Below, one piece after another: positions 11,826-21,505 of a stretch of DNA of 64,000 bases (position 1 is the stretch's first letter; each line of letters begins with the position of its first letter). Location of the stretch: assembly GCA_946965045.2 (NCBI GenBank), contig OX337228.1:3782001-3846000 (forward strand), read 5' to 3'. The translations under genes were made by a program, and so were the position numbers. The stretch is from Epithemia pelagica. Lineage: Eukaryota > Protista > Bacillariophyta. The notes under the pieces are model-generated. The model was given only the letters and a program-made list of their open reading frames with translations. It had not been told where the DNA came from and searched no databases.

Positions 11826-14800
11826 ATGCTGCCGTTGGTTGGACGACCATCAGGCAGAGCAACTCATCCACCACAAAACGACGATCAACCATCACATCGG
11901 GTTGGAGACGACGCTATCCCTTCCTCTGGGGAAGATTCAACGCAACAACGACAACGACGCCTTGTTTGGTTGCCTTCCAGCACCGTTCCGTCTCTGTGGA
12001 CCCGAACACGAAGAAGAAGAAACCAAAACAATAACAACGACCAAGTTCCACACAATTCACAGCCACCACAACGACAGACTGGCCCACGTCCTCGTTTCCG
12101 CAATCGAACTGCTCTTGGTCGAACGGTGTCTCCCAGCTCTCTTGCACAACCGTCTTCCGATCATCGTGATTCAGTCGTAATGATTCCGCCATCCAATGCC
12201 GGTGCCTGGTCCACTGCGGCCACTCCTCCCTCCACTACCAGTTCCGCGGCTGTTTGGACGGCCGAAGCTGTCGCGTCCTTGCCTCCTCCAGGTGTTTCGG
12301 GACCCAGTCAAGTCACTTTTTCTCCACCGCCACCAAGAAGAAGAAGGCGAAGACAAGACCTGAAGCAGCCCACCACAGGAGACCCACATCCAACGAATGG
12401 AGTTGGGAACAGTCACCAGGACGAAACTTATGACACAAACCTGCATGATCAACACGGTCCGTCTTCGTCATCGCCCCTTTTTCTAGCTTTTGTCAGTGCT
12501 CCAGGAACAGTCATTCGTACCGCCAAACCACCTCCCAGTATGTTTCGACCACTCACGACAGGATTGTATCCCTCTCCTCCTGGAGGCACTTCGGCAAAAA
12601 ATAGCGGCCGTGCGGCATCATCTTCTGGAGCCGCAGTGCAGCATTCTCAGACCAATCTTCATCCTGACATTTATGGCACGTCATCGAGCCAACCGCCTTC
12701 GGAACCACACCCTCAAACCTCGTCATCTCATGCAACAACAACAACACCTCCCTTTTTCTTCATGCCTTCGTCTGCTTCAACCACGGCCTCTCAACCAACT
12801 GCACGTACGAACCGCAACGTTTCTGCAAAACCACTTTCGTCCATTTCGGAACGTGTCTTGATGTGCCTCGATGTTACAAGTACCGTAGCCTCTCCCACCG
12901 GATCATTCAATGAACCTCAACATACGCACTTGCAACCACACCCCTTGTTGCGCCTCGGTGGAGCGTCCTCTGTGACCACAAAAACCGCTGCAACTGTTTC
13001 CAATCAACACAACAATAACAAACGACGACTGCTGGAATCGGCCGCCTCCTTCGCCTCTTCCTCTTCGTCTTGTTCGTCGTTAGGATATGGTAACAAAGCC
13101 ACTACGACGGTTTCCAAAAAGAAACCAACATCCAAAGAACATCAAAAACATGAAGCACAGGCCTCTCGTAACCATTCATCGTCGTCCATTTCCTTGACAT
13201 CCTCCTCGCAACCCGTAACACAGTTTTCATGGACTTGGTGTTGGCCCTCGACTGGCGTCCTCGACCCTTTTTTGGATAACAACGACGACGACGAGCTTCC
13301 CTTTTTACGCGTCTTGATACCATGGAGGGGGAACTTGTTTGTTCAAGACGGGGTTTCTTTCACCTCTCACCTTGGTAGCAGTGACGGTAGTCGTCGACGA
13401 CAACGACCGACTGTGCATTCCAAGAACAGGAAGGATCAGGATGACAATGACATGACACACGACGAACCTCGCTGTATCTACAATGCCTTGTCTTCGTCCA
13501 ACTCGTTGAGTAGTCCCTGTATTGATCCACAACTGTCACCAGACGGAAGCATGGTGGCATGGGCAGCGAACGGAGAACTATTTGTACAGTCTTGTGGGGA
13601 TTCGTACCTTGCTGAGAAGCAGGACTCTGTGGGCAGTCGCGCCAAACGATCTGGTAATTCTTCTCCTCGGGATGCATCTAGTTCTGAATCATCTCCAACT
13701 CCCATACAAATTACATTTGGCGCCGTCCAAACAACAGAACTTTGTATCAGTCATGGCATTGCGGAGTTCGTTGCACAAGAAGAAATGGATCGATACAGAG
13801 GATTTTGGTGGCATCCTCAATCTACAGGCATCTTGTTTGTCCGGGTTGATGAATCTCATGTTCCACCATTTCGAATCTTGCATCACCATGATGCCACCAC
13901 CACCGGACAATCGTCATCAAGCGCTCAGTCGACAACAACGGCGAGTGAATCGCCCTTGTCACCTGGTCACCAACCATCACAATCACAACCACCCCTCTCT
14001 TCGTCAGCCATTCCATACGAAGATCATCGCTATCCCTTTGCTGGAAAAATGAATCCCAAAGTGCAATTAGCATATGTCGAAATTGATCGACAGTCCATCC
14101 TATCCCCCCACACGGTCCAACCTTCAACTGATCCTTCGACCTCCACCCACCCAACCAACCGTGCAACGAATTGTAACACGAAGACAAAGACCGTGCCAAA
14201 TACCACGACGACACCGCCTTATCAATCTAGCTCCGCATCTTCCGAATCAAGCGCCACGGACAGCTGTGCCATGATGATGATGGATGATGACGAGGACGAC
14301 GACCGCGCCGAACAAATCTCGACCATGTCGTCGTCTTCGTCGTCTCCTCCTCGTCGACAAGGTAATGCCGAGACGATTGCGATGGAATCTTCCCCTCCTC
14401 CTTCAAATGGAGGCTCAGTGTCACCGACCCATCATCATTCACCATCCAACACGCGAAGCAATGGAAGTGGGACTTTTGCGGCACAAGATATTGCACGCGA
14501 GAAATGGACTGAATGTACATGGTTGGACGCACCGCAAGAAGCATCGGAATATTTGGCCCGAATTCGTTGGTTGCCAAATGGGTCGGCCGTTGCGCAATGG
14601 CAGAATCGCGCGCAAAATTTATCCATTCTTGTACTCATGGAACTTCCATCTGCCACGACTCCTCCATCGTCCTCGTCAGTGCGACGACGCAACAAACGCT
14701 CCAGCCAAGTACTCCTTATGGAGCAAAGTGAAGAATGGATCAATTTGCACAACATGTTTCATGTATTGCCAAGAGCTGTGCACCCCGATGAATGCATTGT

Positions 14801-16694
14801 TACTTCGACAGCTGGTACTGCGCATTCGGACAAGGTGCATAATGTGCAAATTCCGTCACTTCCTAATCCCTTGCCGGAAGGTAGTTTCAGTTTTCTATTT
14901 GCCTCTGAACGGACAGGATATCAACACTTGTACCTCTATACCTACTGCCCAGGTATCACCAGCGCGGGCCGACTGGGCAACCATGACCATTCCAATTATT
15001 ACCATTCGCAACAGCAGCCACAACCGCAATTCCAACAAGCAGCCATACCACTACGAACTGTCTCGGCGGGGAAATGGATGGTAGAGAGTATAGCTGGTGT
15101 TGACATGGACCAAGACGTTGTTTACGTTACCGGTACCTATGATTCGGTTCTGGAACGGCATCTGTATGCCTTGCCCTTGTTGAATCGACGATTGGTGGTC
15201 CAACCCTCTCTTGCCGCTACAACGACATCAACCGCTCTTGATGGATCATGTGACGTGGACCATTCCGACCCAAACCACCATTCATTGTTGTTGAATCATA
15301 CGGCTACCAAGGGTGTACGACGAGGGTTGAGTAAAGTGATGCATGTTCTCTCCGGAAAGGGAAATTTGGGTCGAAGCAATAGCAACAGTGGCAATCATCG
15401 CACGACTTACACAAATCGTGTTCTACAAGAAGCAATATGGGCAAGCATGAGACCTGTCCGATTAACGTTGGAAGCTGGTATGCACAGCATTGTTATGGAT
15501 GATCTATGTCGACTGTTCGTCGACACCAGCAGTGATATGGACCGACCTACGTCATCTCGCATTTATCAACTCCCACCCAAGCAAGGAGATTTTTGGACTA
15601 CCTTTCTACAAAGACAAACAGAACCAGTAGAACTGCAGTTGGTGTACACCCTCTATGATGCACTTAAAGAAGATAATTCTGTTTCGTCGGCTGCTGCTGG
15701 CTCAATCGCTGTGGGAGGAACTGCCGCTGCAGCACTACCATCCCCTCTGCATGGATTCCCCAGTGGTGGCGCTCGTCTTTTGGCGAGTTTACCGCCTCCA
15801 GAATTGATCTCATTTCCATGTTCGGATGGTATTGAAACATTGCATGCGGCATTATATCGTCCGAATCCTCGTATTTATGGACCAGGTCCATATCCATTGG
15901 TCTGTGCCGTTTATGGTGGCCCTCACGTCCAACGAGTCAACCGTTCCTGGTCGCAATGTGCCGATATGCGGGCACAGAGGTTACGAAGTATGGGATTTTG
16001 CGTCATCAAGTGTGACAATCGAGGTTCAAGCCGTCGTGGATTGGAGTTTGAAGCTGCCATTCGTCGTCGGTTGGGACGGTTGGAGGTGTTGGATCAAGTG
16101 GCAGCAGCTCGGCAATTGATCTTGCGTGGTTTGGTCGATGCCTCCCGGATAGGAGTGTATGGATGGTCGTATGGAGGATATTTGGCTGCCATGTGCCTGA
16201 GTCGCGCTCCCGATGTCTTTTGCTGTGCTGTAGCGGGTGCTCCTGTTACAAGTTGGGATGGATACGATACGCATTATACCGAGCGATACATGGGTCATCC
16301 TCAAGACAATGTCATTGGATATCGTGAATCGGCCGTGCTGGATCATGTGCCCAACATCAAGGGCAAACTGCTATTGGTACATGGGTTACTGGATGAAAAC
16401 GTTCATTTTCGCCATACAACTCGGCTAATCAACAAACTTGTTGCATGCGGGAAAGAGTACGAGGTTTTGTTGTTTCCTGAAGAACGACATTCACCACGAC
16501 GATTGCGAGATCGGATATATATGGAACAACGAATCAGTGATTTCTTTGTCCGAAATTTGCTCATGTCGCCGGGGTCCTCCCCTGCAGGAACTGCAAGTCA
16601 TTCGCGAATGATACGTTCGGCAGCCTTGGATCCACCCTCTGCCAGTGGAACCGGTAATGCAGCTGGGATGATGCGTACATTAGGGCATTTGTAA
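11826..16694 (+). CDS. Dipeptidyl peptidase IV/DPP8-9 family (S9B) serine peptidase with long low-complexity extensions
   Basis: AEFVAQEEMDRYRGFWW, YPFAGKMNP, GWSYGG nucleophile, LDENVHF and PEERH (Ser-Asp-His triad). Confidence 0.9.
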   Translation: MLPLVGRPSGRATHPPQNDDQPSHRVGDDAIPSSGEDSTQQRQRRLVWLPSSTVPSLWTRTRRRRNQNNNNDQVPHNSQPPQRQTGPRPRFRNRTALGRTVSPSSLAQPSSDHRDSVVMIPPSNAGAWSTAATPPSTTSSAAVWTAEAVASLPPPGVSGPSQVTFSPPPPRRRRRRQDLKQPTTGDPHPTNGVGNSHQDETYDTNLHDQHGPSSSSPLFLAFVSAPGTVIRTAKPPPSMFRPLTTGLYPSPPGGTSAKNSGRAASSSGAAVQHSQTNLHPDIYGTSSSQPPSEPHPQTSSSHATTTTPPFFFMPSSASTTASQPTARTNRNVSAKPLSSISERVLMCLDVTSTVASPTGSFNEPQHTHLQPHPLLRLGGASSVTTKTAATVSNQHNNNKRRLLESAASFASSSSSCSSLGYGNKATTTVSKKKPTSKEHQKHEAQASRNHSSSSISLTSSSQPVTQFSWTWCWPSTGVLDPFLDNNDDDELPFLRVLIPWRGNLFVQDGVSFTSHLGSSDGSRRRQRPTVHSKNRKDQDDNDMTHDEPRCIYNALSSSNSLSSPCIDPQLSPDGSMVAWAANGELFVQSCGDSYLAEKQDSVGSRAKRSGNSSPRDASSSESSPTPIQITFGAVQTTELCISHGIAEFVAQEEMDRYRGFWWHPQSTGILFVRVDESHVPPFRILHHHDATTTGQSSSSAQSTTTASESPLSPGHQPSQSQPPLSSSAIPYEDHRYPFAGKMNPKVQLAYVEIDRQSILSPHTVQPSTDPSTSTHPTNRATNCNTKTKTVPNTTTTPPYQSSSASSESSATDSCAMMMMDDDEDDDRAEQISTMSSSSSSPPRRQGNAETIAMESSPPPSNGGSVSPTHHHSPSNTRSNGSGTFAAQDIAREKWTECTWLDAPQEASEYLARIRWLPNGSAVAQWQNRAQNLSILVLMELPSATTPPSSSSVRRRNKRSSQVLLMEQSEEWINLHNMFHVLPRAVHPDECIVTSTAGTAHSDKVHNVQIPSLPNPLPEGSFSFLFASERTGYQHLYLYTYCPGITSAGRLGNHDHSNYYHSQQQPQPQFQQAAIPLRTVSAGKWMVESIAGVDMDQDVVYVTGTYDSVLERHLYALPLLNRRLVVQPSLAATTTSTALDGSCDVDHSDPNHHSLLLNHTATKGVRRGLSKVMHVLSGKGNLGRSNSNSGNHRTTYTNRVLQEAIWASMRPVRLTLEAGMHSIVMDDLCRLFVDTSSDMDRPTSSRIYQLPPKQGDFWTTFLQRQTEPVELQLVYTLYDALKEDNSVSSAAAGSIAVGGTAAAALPSPLHGFPSGGARLLASLPPPELISFPCSDGIETLHAALYRPNPRIYGPGPYPLVCAVYGGPHVQRVNRSWSQCADMRAQRLRSMGFCVIKCDNRGSSRRGLEFEAAIRRRLGRLEVLDQVAAARQLILRGLVDASRIGVYGWSYGGYLAAMCLSRAPDVFCCAVAGAPVTSWDGYDTHYTERYMGHPQDNVIGYRESAVLDHVPNIKGKLLLVHGLLDENVHFRHTTRLINKLVACGKEYEVLLFPEERHSPRRLRDRIYMEQRISDFFVRNLLMSPGSSPAGTASHSRMIRSAALDPPSASGTGNAAGMMRTLGHL

Positions 16695-17046
16695 AGAACG
16701 AAAAACATTACGTTTCACATCATGGCCCTGCTCACTAGTCGCTAATAGACCCTGTATATCAACTATCAACACCCCCCAATCACGATAGAGTGTCTCGTTA
16801 TTTTCACAGCAGGTCTCCTGGACAATATTTTGCTTTCTTCTGTCCACACGTACAATGAAGGTGAGACGAAAAGTAGATGAGATACAATCTACTATATACT
16901 AAGTACTGTCTCTTGTCAACTGTTTGCCTGTGACTGCTACAGACAACCCAAAGATTTGTTCGAACTGGAATGCTATGCCACTGGTGTCTGACGCACAACA
17001 TGCATTAGAAACAGAGAACACGTGGTTTGGTTGTACCATTGAATCA

Positions 17047-17781
17047 TTACAATTCTTCTCCGGTATTGTGAAGGGAGAGGACGTAATCGAGCAGGGATTC
17101 TGGTTCGACGTCACTGAACTGCGAGATTTGACCTTTTCCATTGACAACAAAATAGGTATCAAAATTCCATTGAATCATGGGCACATTGGCTTTGTACTTC
17201 AAATACTGATAAACCTCATGCGCGCTAGGGCCATTAACGTTGATCTTGCCCATCATGGTGAATTCCACTCCTTGTTCATGTGCAAATTCCTGGATGTCAT
17301 GGGCCGTTCCAGGTTCTTGTTGTCCAAACTGATTGCATGGAAAGGCCAAAATGCGGACGGGCAACTGTCGTTCCTTTACCAAATTTGCCCATAATTTGAC
17401 CAAGCCATGGTAGTGTGATTCTGTGCGACCACAATAGGTGGCCACATTGGTCACGATTGTGGTATGACCTCGAAACTGTTCAAAGTCCACCATGTTTCCC
17501 TCAATGTCAGGTGCCTTCAACTCAAAGAAGGATCCAATATGGTCGACTTTATGATTTTTGGCATTCGAATCGTTAACACTGGCACACGATGATTGGCAAC
17601 TTTGCAGCATGTAACCAGGATTTTTGTCGCATTCACCCACCGAGGCCCAATGTTCACAACGATGATCTTGGTCCGGAGCAGGAATGTCGGAAGCTAAGAT
17701 GGCACTGGACGTCATTGTCCAAAACACCATCAAGTACAAACTGAAATGGGCGAACGTCATCCTGGTCCTTTCAATCATCAT
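17047..17781 (-). CDS. Cys-type glutathione peroxidase with signal peptide and ShK-toxin-like domain
   Basis: NVATYCG, FPCNQFGQQEPG, WNF motifs; ShKT pattern CEHWASVGECDKNPGYMLQSCQSSC; hydrophobic N-terminus. Confidence 0.9.
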   Translation of the reverse strand: MMIERTRMTFAHFSLYLMVFWTMTSSAILASDIPAPDQDHRCEHWASVGECDKNPGYMLQSCQSSCASVNDSNAKNHKVDHIGSFFELKAPDIEGNMVDFEQFRGHTTIVTNVATYCGRTESHYHGLVKLWANLVKERQLPVRILAFPCNQFGQQEPGTAHDIQEFAHEQGVEFTMMGKINVNGPSAHEVYQYLKYKANVPMIQWNFDTYFVVNGKGQISQFSDVEPESLLDYVLSLHNTGEEL

Positions 17782-18250
17782 TTCCTTTTTCCTTTGTTCG
17801 GATGGATCTTGTGGCCTAAATCTGAGACCTCTGGGAAAGAAATAATGTCTCTCTCAAATGTCCCCTCCTCCCACCTCTGCTCCATCCAGGACGCCTCAAG
17901 GATGAGCGATCTATGTGCGTCGAAATCTGGAGCTCAGATGTAGCGGAGGGTAGTTTCTCTAGAGTTGAAGCGCAAATCATCGCGATCTTTGTGTGAGTTG
18001 ACGTGTCTCTACGTGTACAACGCATGGTAGTAGAGGTTGTAATAGTGAGAAACAAGTTGGAAACGCTGGAGACACGGATGTGTTATCAGGGTATCTTACC
18101 GTAGAGAATTGGACCACCGAGAAGAAGGCGTACCTTTGGGTGTTCAACTTGTCTTTCTCTCGCGTGTAGTAGAGCCATCCCGTAGAGTCGAGACCCCTTT
18201 TTGTCCCACACACTCTGTGCCAAATTCCCTATACACATACACGAAACACC

Positions 18251-19068
18251 ATGAAGGTTGCTGCCGTTGCGTTTGTTGCTTGCTTCAGTGCCGTTGAGGC
18301 CTTCACCACACCGGCTTCGTCCTCTGTTTCACACAGCCGTGTGCAAATGAGCGAGGAAGAAGCCGAAGCCCCGGCGGAACCCGAACCTGTGGCCGTTGTG
18401 GCCGCCACTCCCGAAAAGGTTCCTTGCTTTGGTGCCTCTCCCGGACCCAAATTCTTCTTGGGAGAACCCGTCTGGGACAAGTTGACCATGGAAATTGGCA
18501 GTGCCCAAACAGGAGACTTTTTGCGAGCTGCTGAATTGAAGCATGGCCGATCCGCCATGTTGGCCACCCTTGGCTTTTCCTTGCAAAAGTTGGGTGTCAC
18601 CTTTGACAAGATCTCCCCCCATGAATACTTGTCCGTCACCCAAGACATCAAGTTCGCCGACTTGGCTGCCATGGGACCTGTCGAAGCCATGAAGAGCATC
18701 CCAGGAGAAGGCTTTGCTCAAATCTTTGCCGCCATTGCTGCCATTGAAATTTACGAGTTGACCCACCGTGACGGTGAAATCAAGGAAGGAGAAACCGTTG
18801 CTCCTGGATTGCAAGCTGGTGGATTGAATGGTATGTATGATCAGGACCTAGATGGCTTATGACTTTTATCTTTGGAATACATCTCACAAGAGTCCTTGTT
18901 CACCACCTGATAGGATACAACTTGAACTGGAATCCTTTGAAATTTGAAATTACCGACCGCCGCAAGTTGGTTGAGTTGCAAAACGGACGAGCGGCCATGG
19001 TTGCTATTTCTGCTTGGGTTGCTGCCGAGACCATTCCAGGATCGGTCCCCATCTTTTTGCCATGGTAA
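18251..19068 (+). CDS. Light-harvesting fucoxanthin-chlorophyll a/c binding protein (LHC family); intron 18831-18913
   Basis: AELKHGRSAMLA and ELQNGRAAMVA helices; signal peptide ending VEA-F (plastid ASAFAP-like motif); 83-nt GT-AG intron. Confidence 0.93.
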
Positions 19069-19366
19069 TTTTCTTGTCCATGGATCGATAGCCCGACCGT
19101 GATTGGGCGTTTGTTCCCATAAGAGTTGTGTGACCAAAGATTACGAAGACAGCATTCACCTCTTTGACGCTCTCTTGTTTCATGAACCACGGAAATAGAG
19201 ACCGCAGTAACACCATAGTGGCCCTTTTTTCACCTGGCGTTCAAGTGTTTCCTTAGTCCAGCTTGTATAGTGTCGTCCCCCCCTTGAATGCGCACTGGAT
19301 GAATGCTGATTTGATCTCGCTGACAGTACAAATGCTGCAGGGTAGAAACAATTGTCACGCAGTGTC

Positions 19367-19506
19367 ATCCAAATCGAACTCTTTGGTTTATCACCTATGA
19401 CTATCCTATGTTTGCTGAGAGGCTCTACTGGCTATGATCCAAATCGAACTCTTTGGTTTATCACCTATGACTATCCTATGTTTGCTGAGAGGCTCTACTG
19501 GCTATG
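19367..19506. repeat. Perfect 70-bp tandem duplication (2 copies: 19367-19436, 19437-19506)
   Basis: ATCCAAATCGAACTC...GGCTCTACTGGCTATG repeated identically head to tail. Confidence 0.95.
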
Positions 19507-19535
19507 GCTAATGGATGTCACGAGAACTTTGAGCT

Positions 19536-19555
19536 ATTATTTATATTTAATAAAT
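19536..19555 (+). promoter_or_regulatory. TATA-like AT-rich tract upstream of the permuted tRNA (putative external Pol III promoter)
   Basis: TATTATTTATATTTAATAAAT-type tract about 35-50 nt upstream of the tRNA 3' half; function inferred. Confidence 0.5.
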
Positions 19556-19587
19556 TCGTCGTTCCGTCAGGATCGTAGATGTAGTCC

Positions 19588-19671
19588 ATCAGGAGATTCC
19601 GGGTTCGAATCCCGGGCAGGTTTCTTAGCCCTGTTGACCTGTTGGCCCAATGGTAAGGCGCCTGACTACGG
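19588..19671 (+). tRNA. tRNA-Arg(ACG): Circularly permuted tRNA-Arg(ACG): 3' half 19588-19623, 12-nt spacer 19624-19635, 5' half 19636-19671
   Basis: Rejoined sequence GACCTGT TG GCCC AATGGTA AGGC G CCTGA CT ACG G|A TCAGG AGATT CCGGG TTCGAAT CCCGG GCAGGTT T folds with a 7-bp acceptor stem (2 G-U), D arm, 5-bp anticodon stem and 5-bp T stem; B box lies upstream of A box. Confidence 0.85.
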
Positions 19672-19682
19672 AACGACATCTC

Positions 19683-19687
19683 TTTTT
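19683..19687 (+). terminator. Putative Pol III terminator (T5) after the permuted tRNA trailer
   Basis: TTTTT 11 nt downstream of the 5' half; no run of 4 or more T occurs within the leader, either half or the spacer. Confidence 0.55.
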
Positions 19688-19807
19688 GCTTTTCCCTCTT
19701 GGGACAAAGATTCGTTTCATCTCACACAAGATCCACTTCTTTCTGCGTCGTCGATCGTCGATGTCGACATAGAAACACAATCCATACCCTCTATTATACA
19801 GCAACAG

Positions 19808-21505
19808 ATGAAGCAATCCCCTTCTATGGTCGTTGGGAGTGCCACGCGCCATGATTTGCGCTTATGGGCCGCTGTTGTGGTCATCGGCCTGGTGGGAGGA
19901 TTCACTCCTGCCATGGCGGCAACCCTCGAGTATCAAGTTGGAGTTCAACCCTCCACACCGGTCCGATTGACCAAAGGCAATCTAAAAATGGCCATTCAAG
20001 ACGATCCTGTCAATCCAGTTTGGTTCCTCAAATTCTTTGCTCCCTGGTGTGGACATTGCAAAAGATTGGCACCGGTACGACAACCATAACCAAAATCACT
20101 TCTGTCTGCTGACTTTCTTCCTTTCTCTCACACTTGTGTGTTTGTGTATGTGTTTCTCTAGGTATTGGAGCAAGCGGCTGCCGAGCTGCAGGGGAAAATG
20201 GCGATTGGAACCATTGATTGTACATCCGAACGGAAATTGTGCGATGAATACAACGTACGAGGATATCCCACTTTGAAATACAGTCTCCATGGAACGGCGG
20301 ATACGAATGGCAAATCCGACATGCCTGCCTTGTACGAGTACAAGGGGGGTCGTAAGGTGCCCGATATTGTTCAGTTGGGACGGCAATTGACGCGACCAGC
20401 CCTTCAAATGGTCTCGAATATGGAACAAGCCCTTGATTTGGAAAAAGGAGAAGAGGATTGGAATCACCATGATCGTGTTGTGTTCATGGTCCATCATCCA
20501 ACGTTAGTCCAATATAAAGACCAATTGTCGGGAACTCAACAAAAGGAAGATGACTCAAAATCGACTTCCCCTCAAGCAATTGTGGGCCAGGTGACACCAT
20601 TGACAAATATCTTTGGACAAGTGGCACGCAAATATCGGGCCACGACTGAGTTTCAAGTGTTGGTTCAAGGCAAACCCTCGGAACAAGACGACAGTGAAAA
20701 AGCCACAATTGAGTCGGCGACCGAAACGGATTTGTCAACGATACGATACCTCTCCTCCTTCGTCGGATCGACGGCCTTTGTCTGTCGCTTGGAGCGCCAT
20801 GTTCCGGTTCAGTGCTTGTCTGTGTTGCCCGACCCAGAAGCTGAAGATCCCAGTCACGATCCCACTGTCGACTTTGCGTATCTCGAACGCTTTGTGGCCT
20901 CAAATCGTCATCCCACGGTAACTCAATTAGGACCCCACAATTTTCAGGCTCTCAAACAAGGAGGACGACCACTGGTCATTGGCGTCGTTCAAGTATCCGA
21001 TGTATCGCAAGTTGTCGCCATGAAACAAGTCTTGGTCGACGTGGCCACTTCTCCAACCCACAGTCATTTGAAAGAGGCTTATTTCTTTTGTTGGATGGAT
21101 GGTATCCGATACAGTCGATTTTTAGAACAATTTGGAATTGGTTCCAATGACAATGATCCAACGTCGACATTGCCCCAACTGTTGGTCTTGGACAGTGACA
21201 AGGGTGTTTATTGGCACGACAAGAATCAAACCTACCATGTCATAAACGATGCTGCCAAGTTTGTGCAACATGTCCACGATGGTACCTTGGAATCGCGTCC
21301 GACAGAGACATCTAAAAAGAACGGCAATGTCTTGACCCAGCTTTATTGGATGGTCATTGAAAATCAACCATGGTCCATTGTTTGGCTTGCAGTTTTGGTC
21401 ATTCTAATAGCCCTTATCATTACCACGATTATTTCAGAACCAGAACCATCCCCACCCCAACGACAACCGACTGCACCACCACCCGAGACCAAAAAGGCCC
21501 AGTAA
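19808..21505 (+). CDS. Protein disulfide isomerase-family, TMX3-like membrane thioredoxin; intron 20075-20161
   Basis: Signal peptide, FFAPWCGHCKRLAP|VLEQAA across a GT-AG intron, YNVRGYPTL, further thioredoxin-like folds, C-terminal TM helix. Confidence 0.85.

Noticed and set aside
17047-17781. Selenocysteine GPX
   Set aside because: The active-site codon encodes Cys in an uninterrupted ORF, with no in-frame TGA.
19367-19506. CRISPR-like array
   Set aside because: There are only two adjacent 70-bp copies with no spacers, the context is eukaryotic, and no cas genes are present.
19636-19710. Conventional tRNA-Arg starting at 19636
   Set aside because: The sequence after the anticodon (AACGACATCTCTTTTT...) has no T arm or acceptor 3' strand within any plausible intron distance. 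The matching 3' half is upstream.
19352-19807. N-terminal part of the 245-aa ORF 19352-20089
   Set aside because: It runs through the 70-bp duplication and the permuted tRNA. The PDI gene's signal peptide begins at about 19808, so the upstream part is probably not translated.
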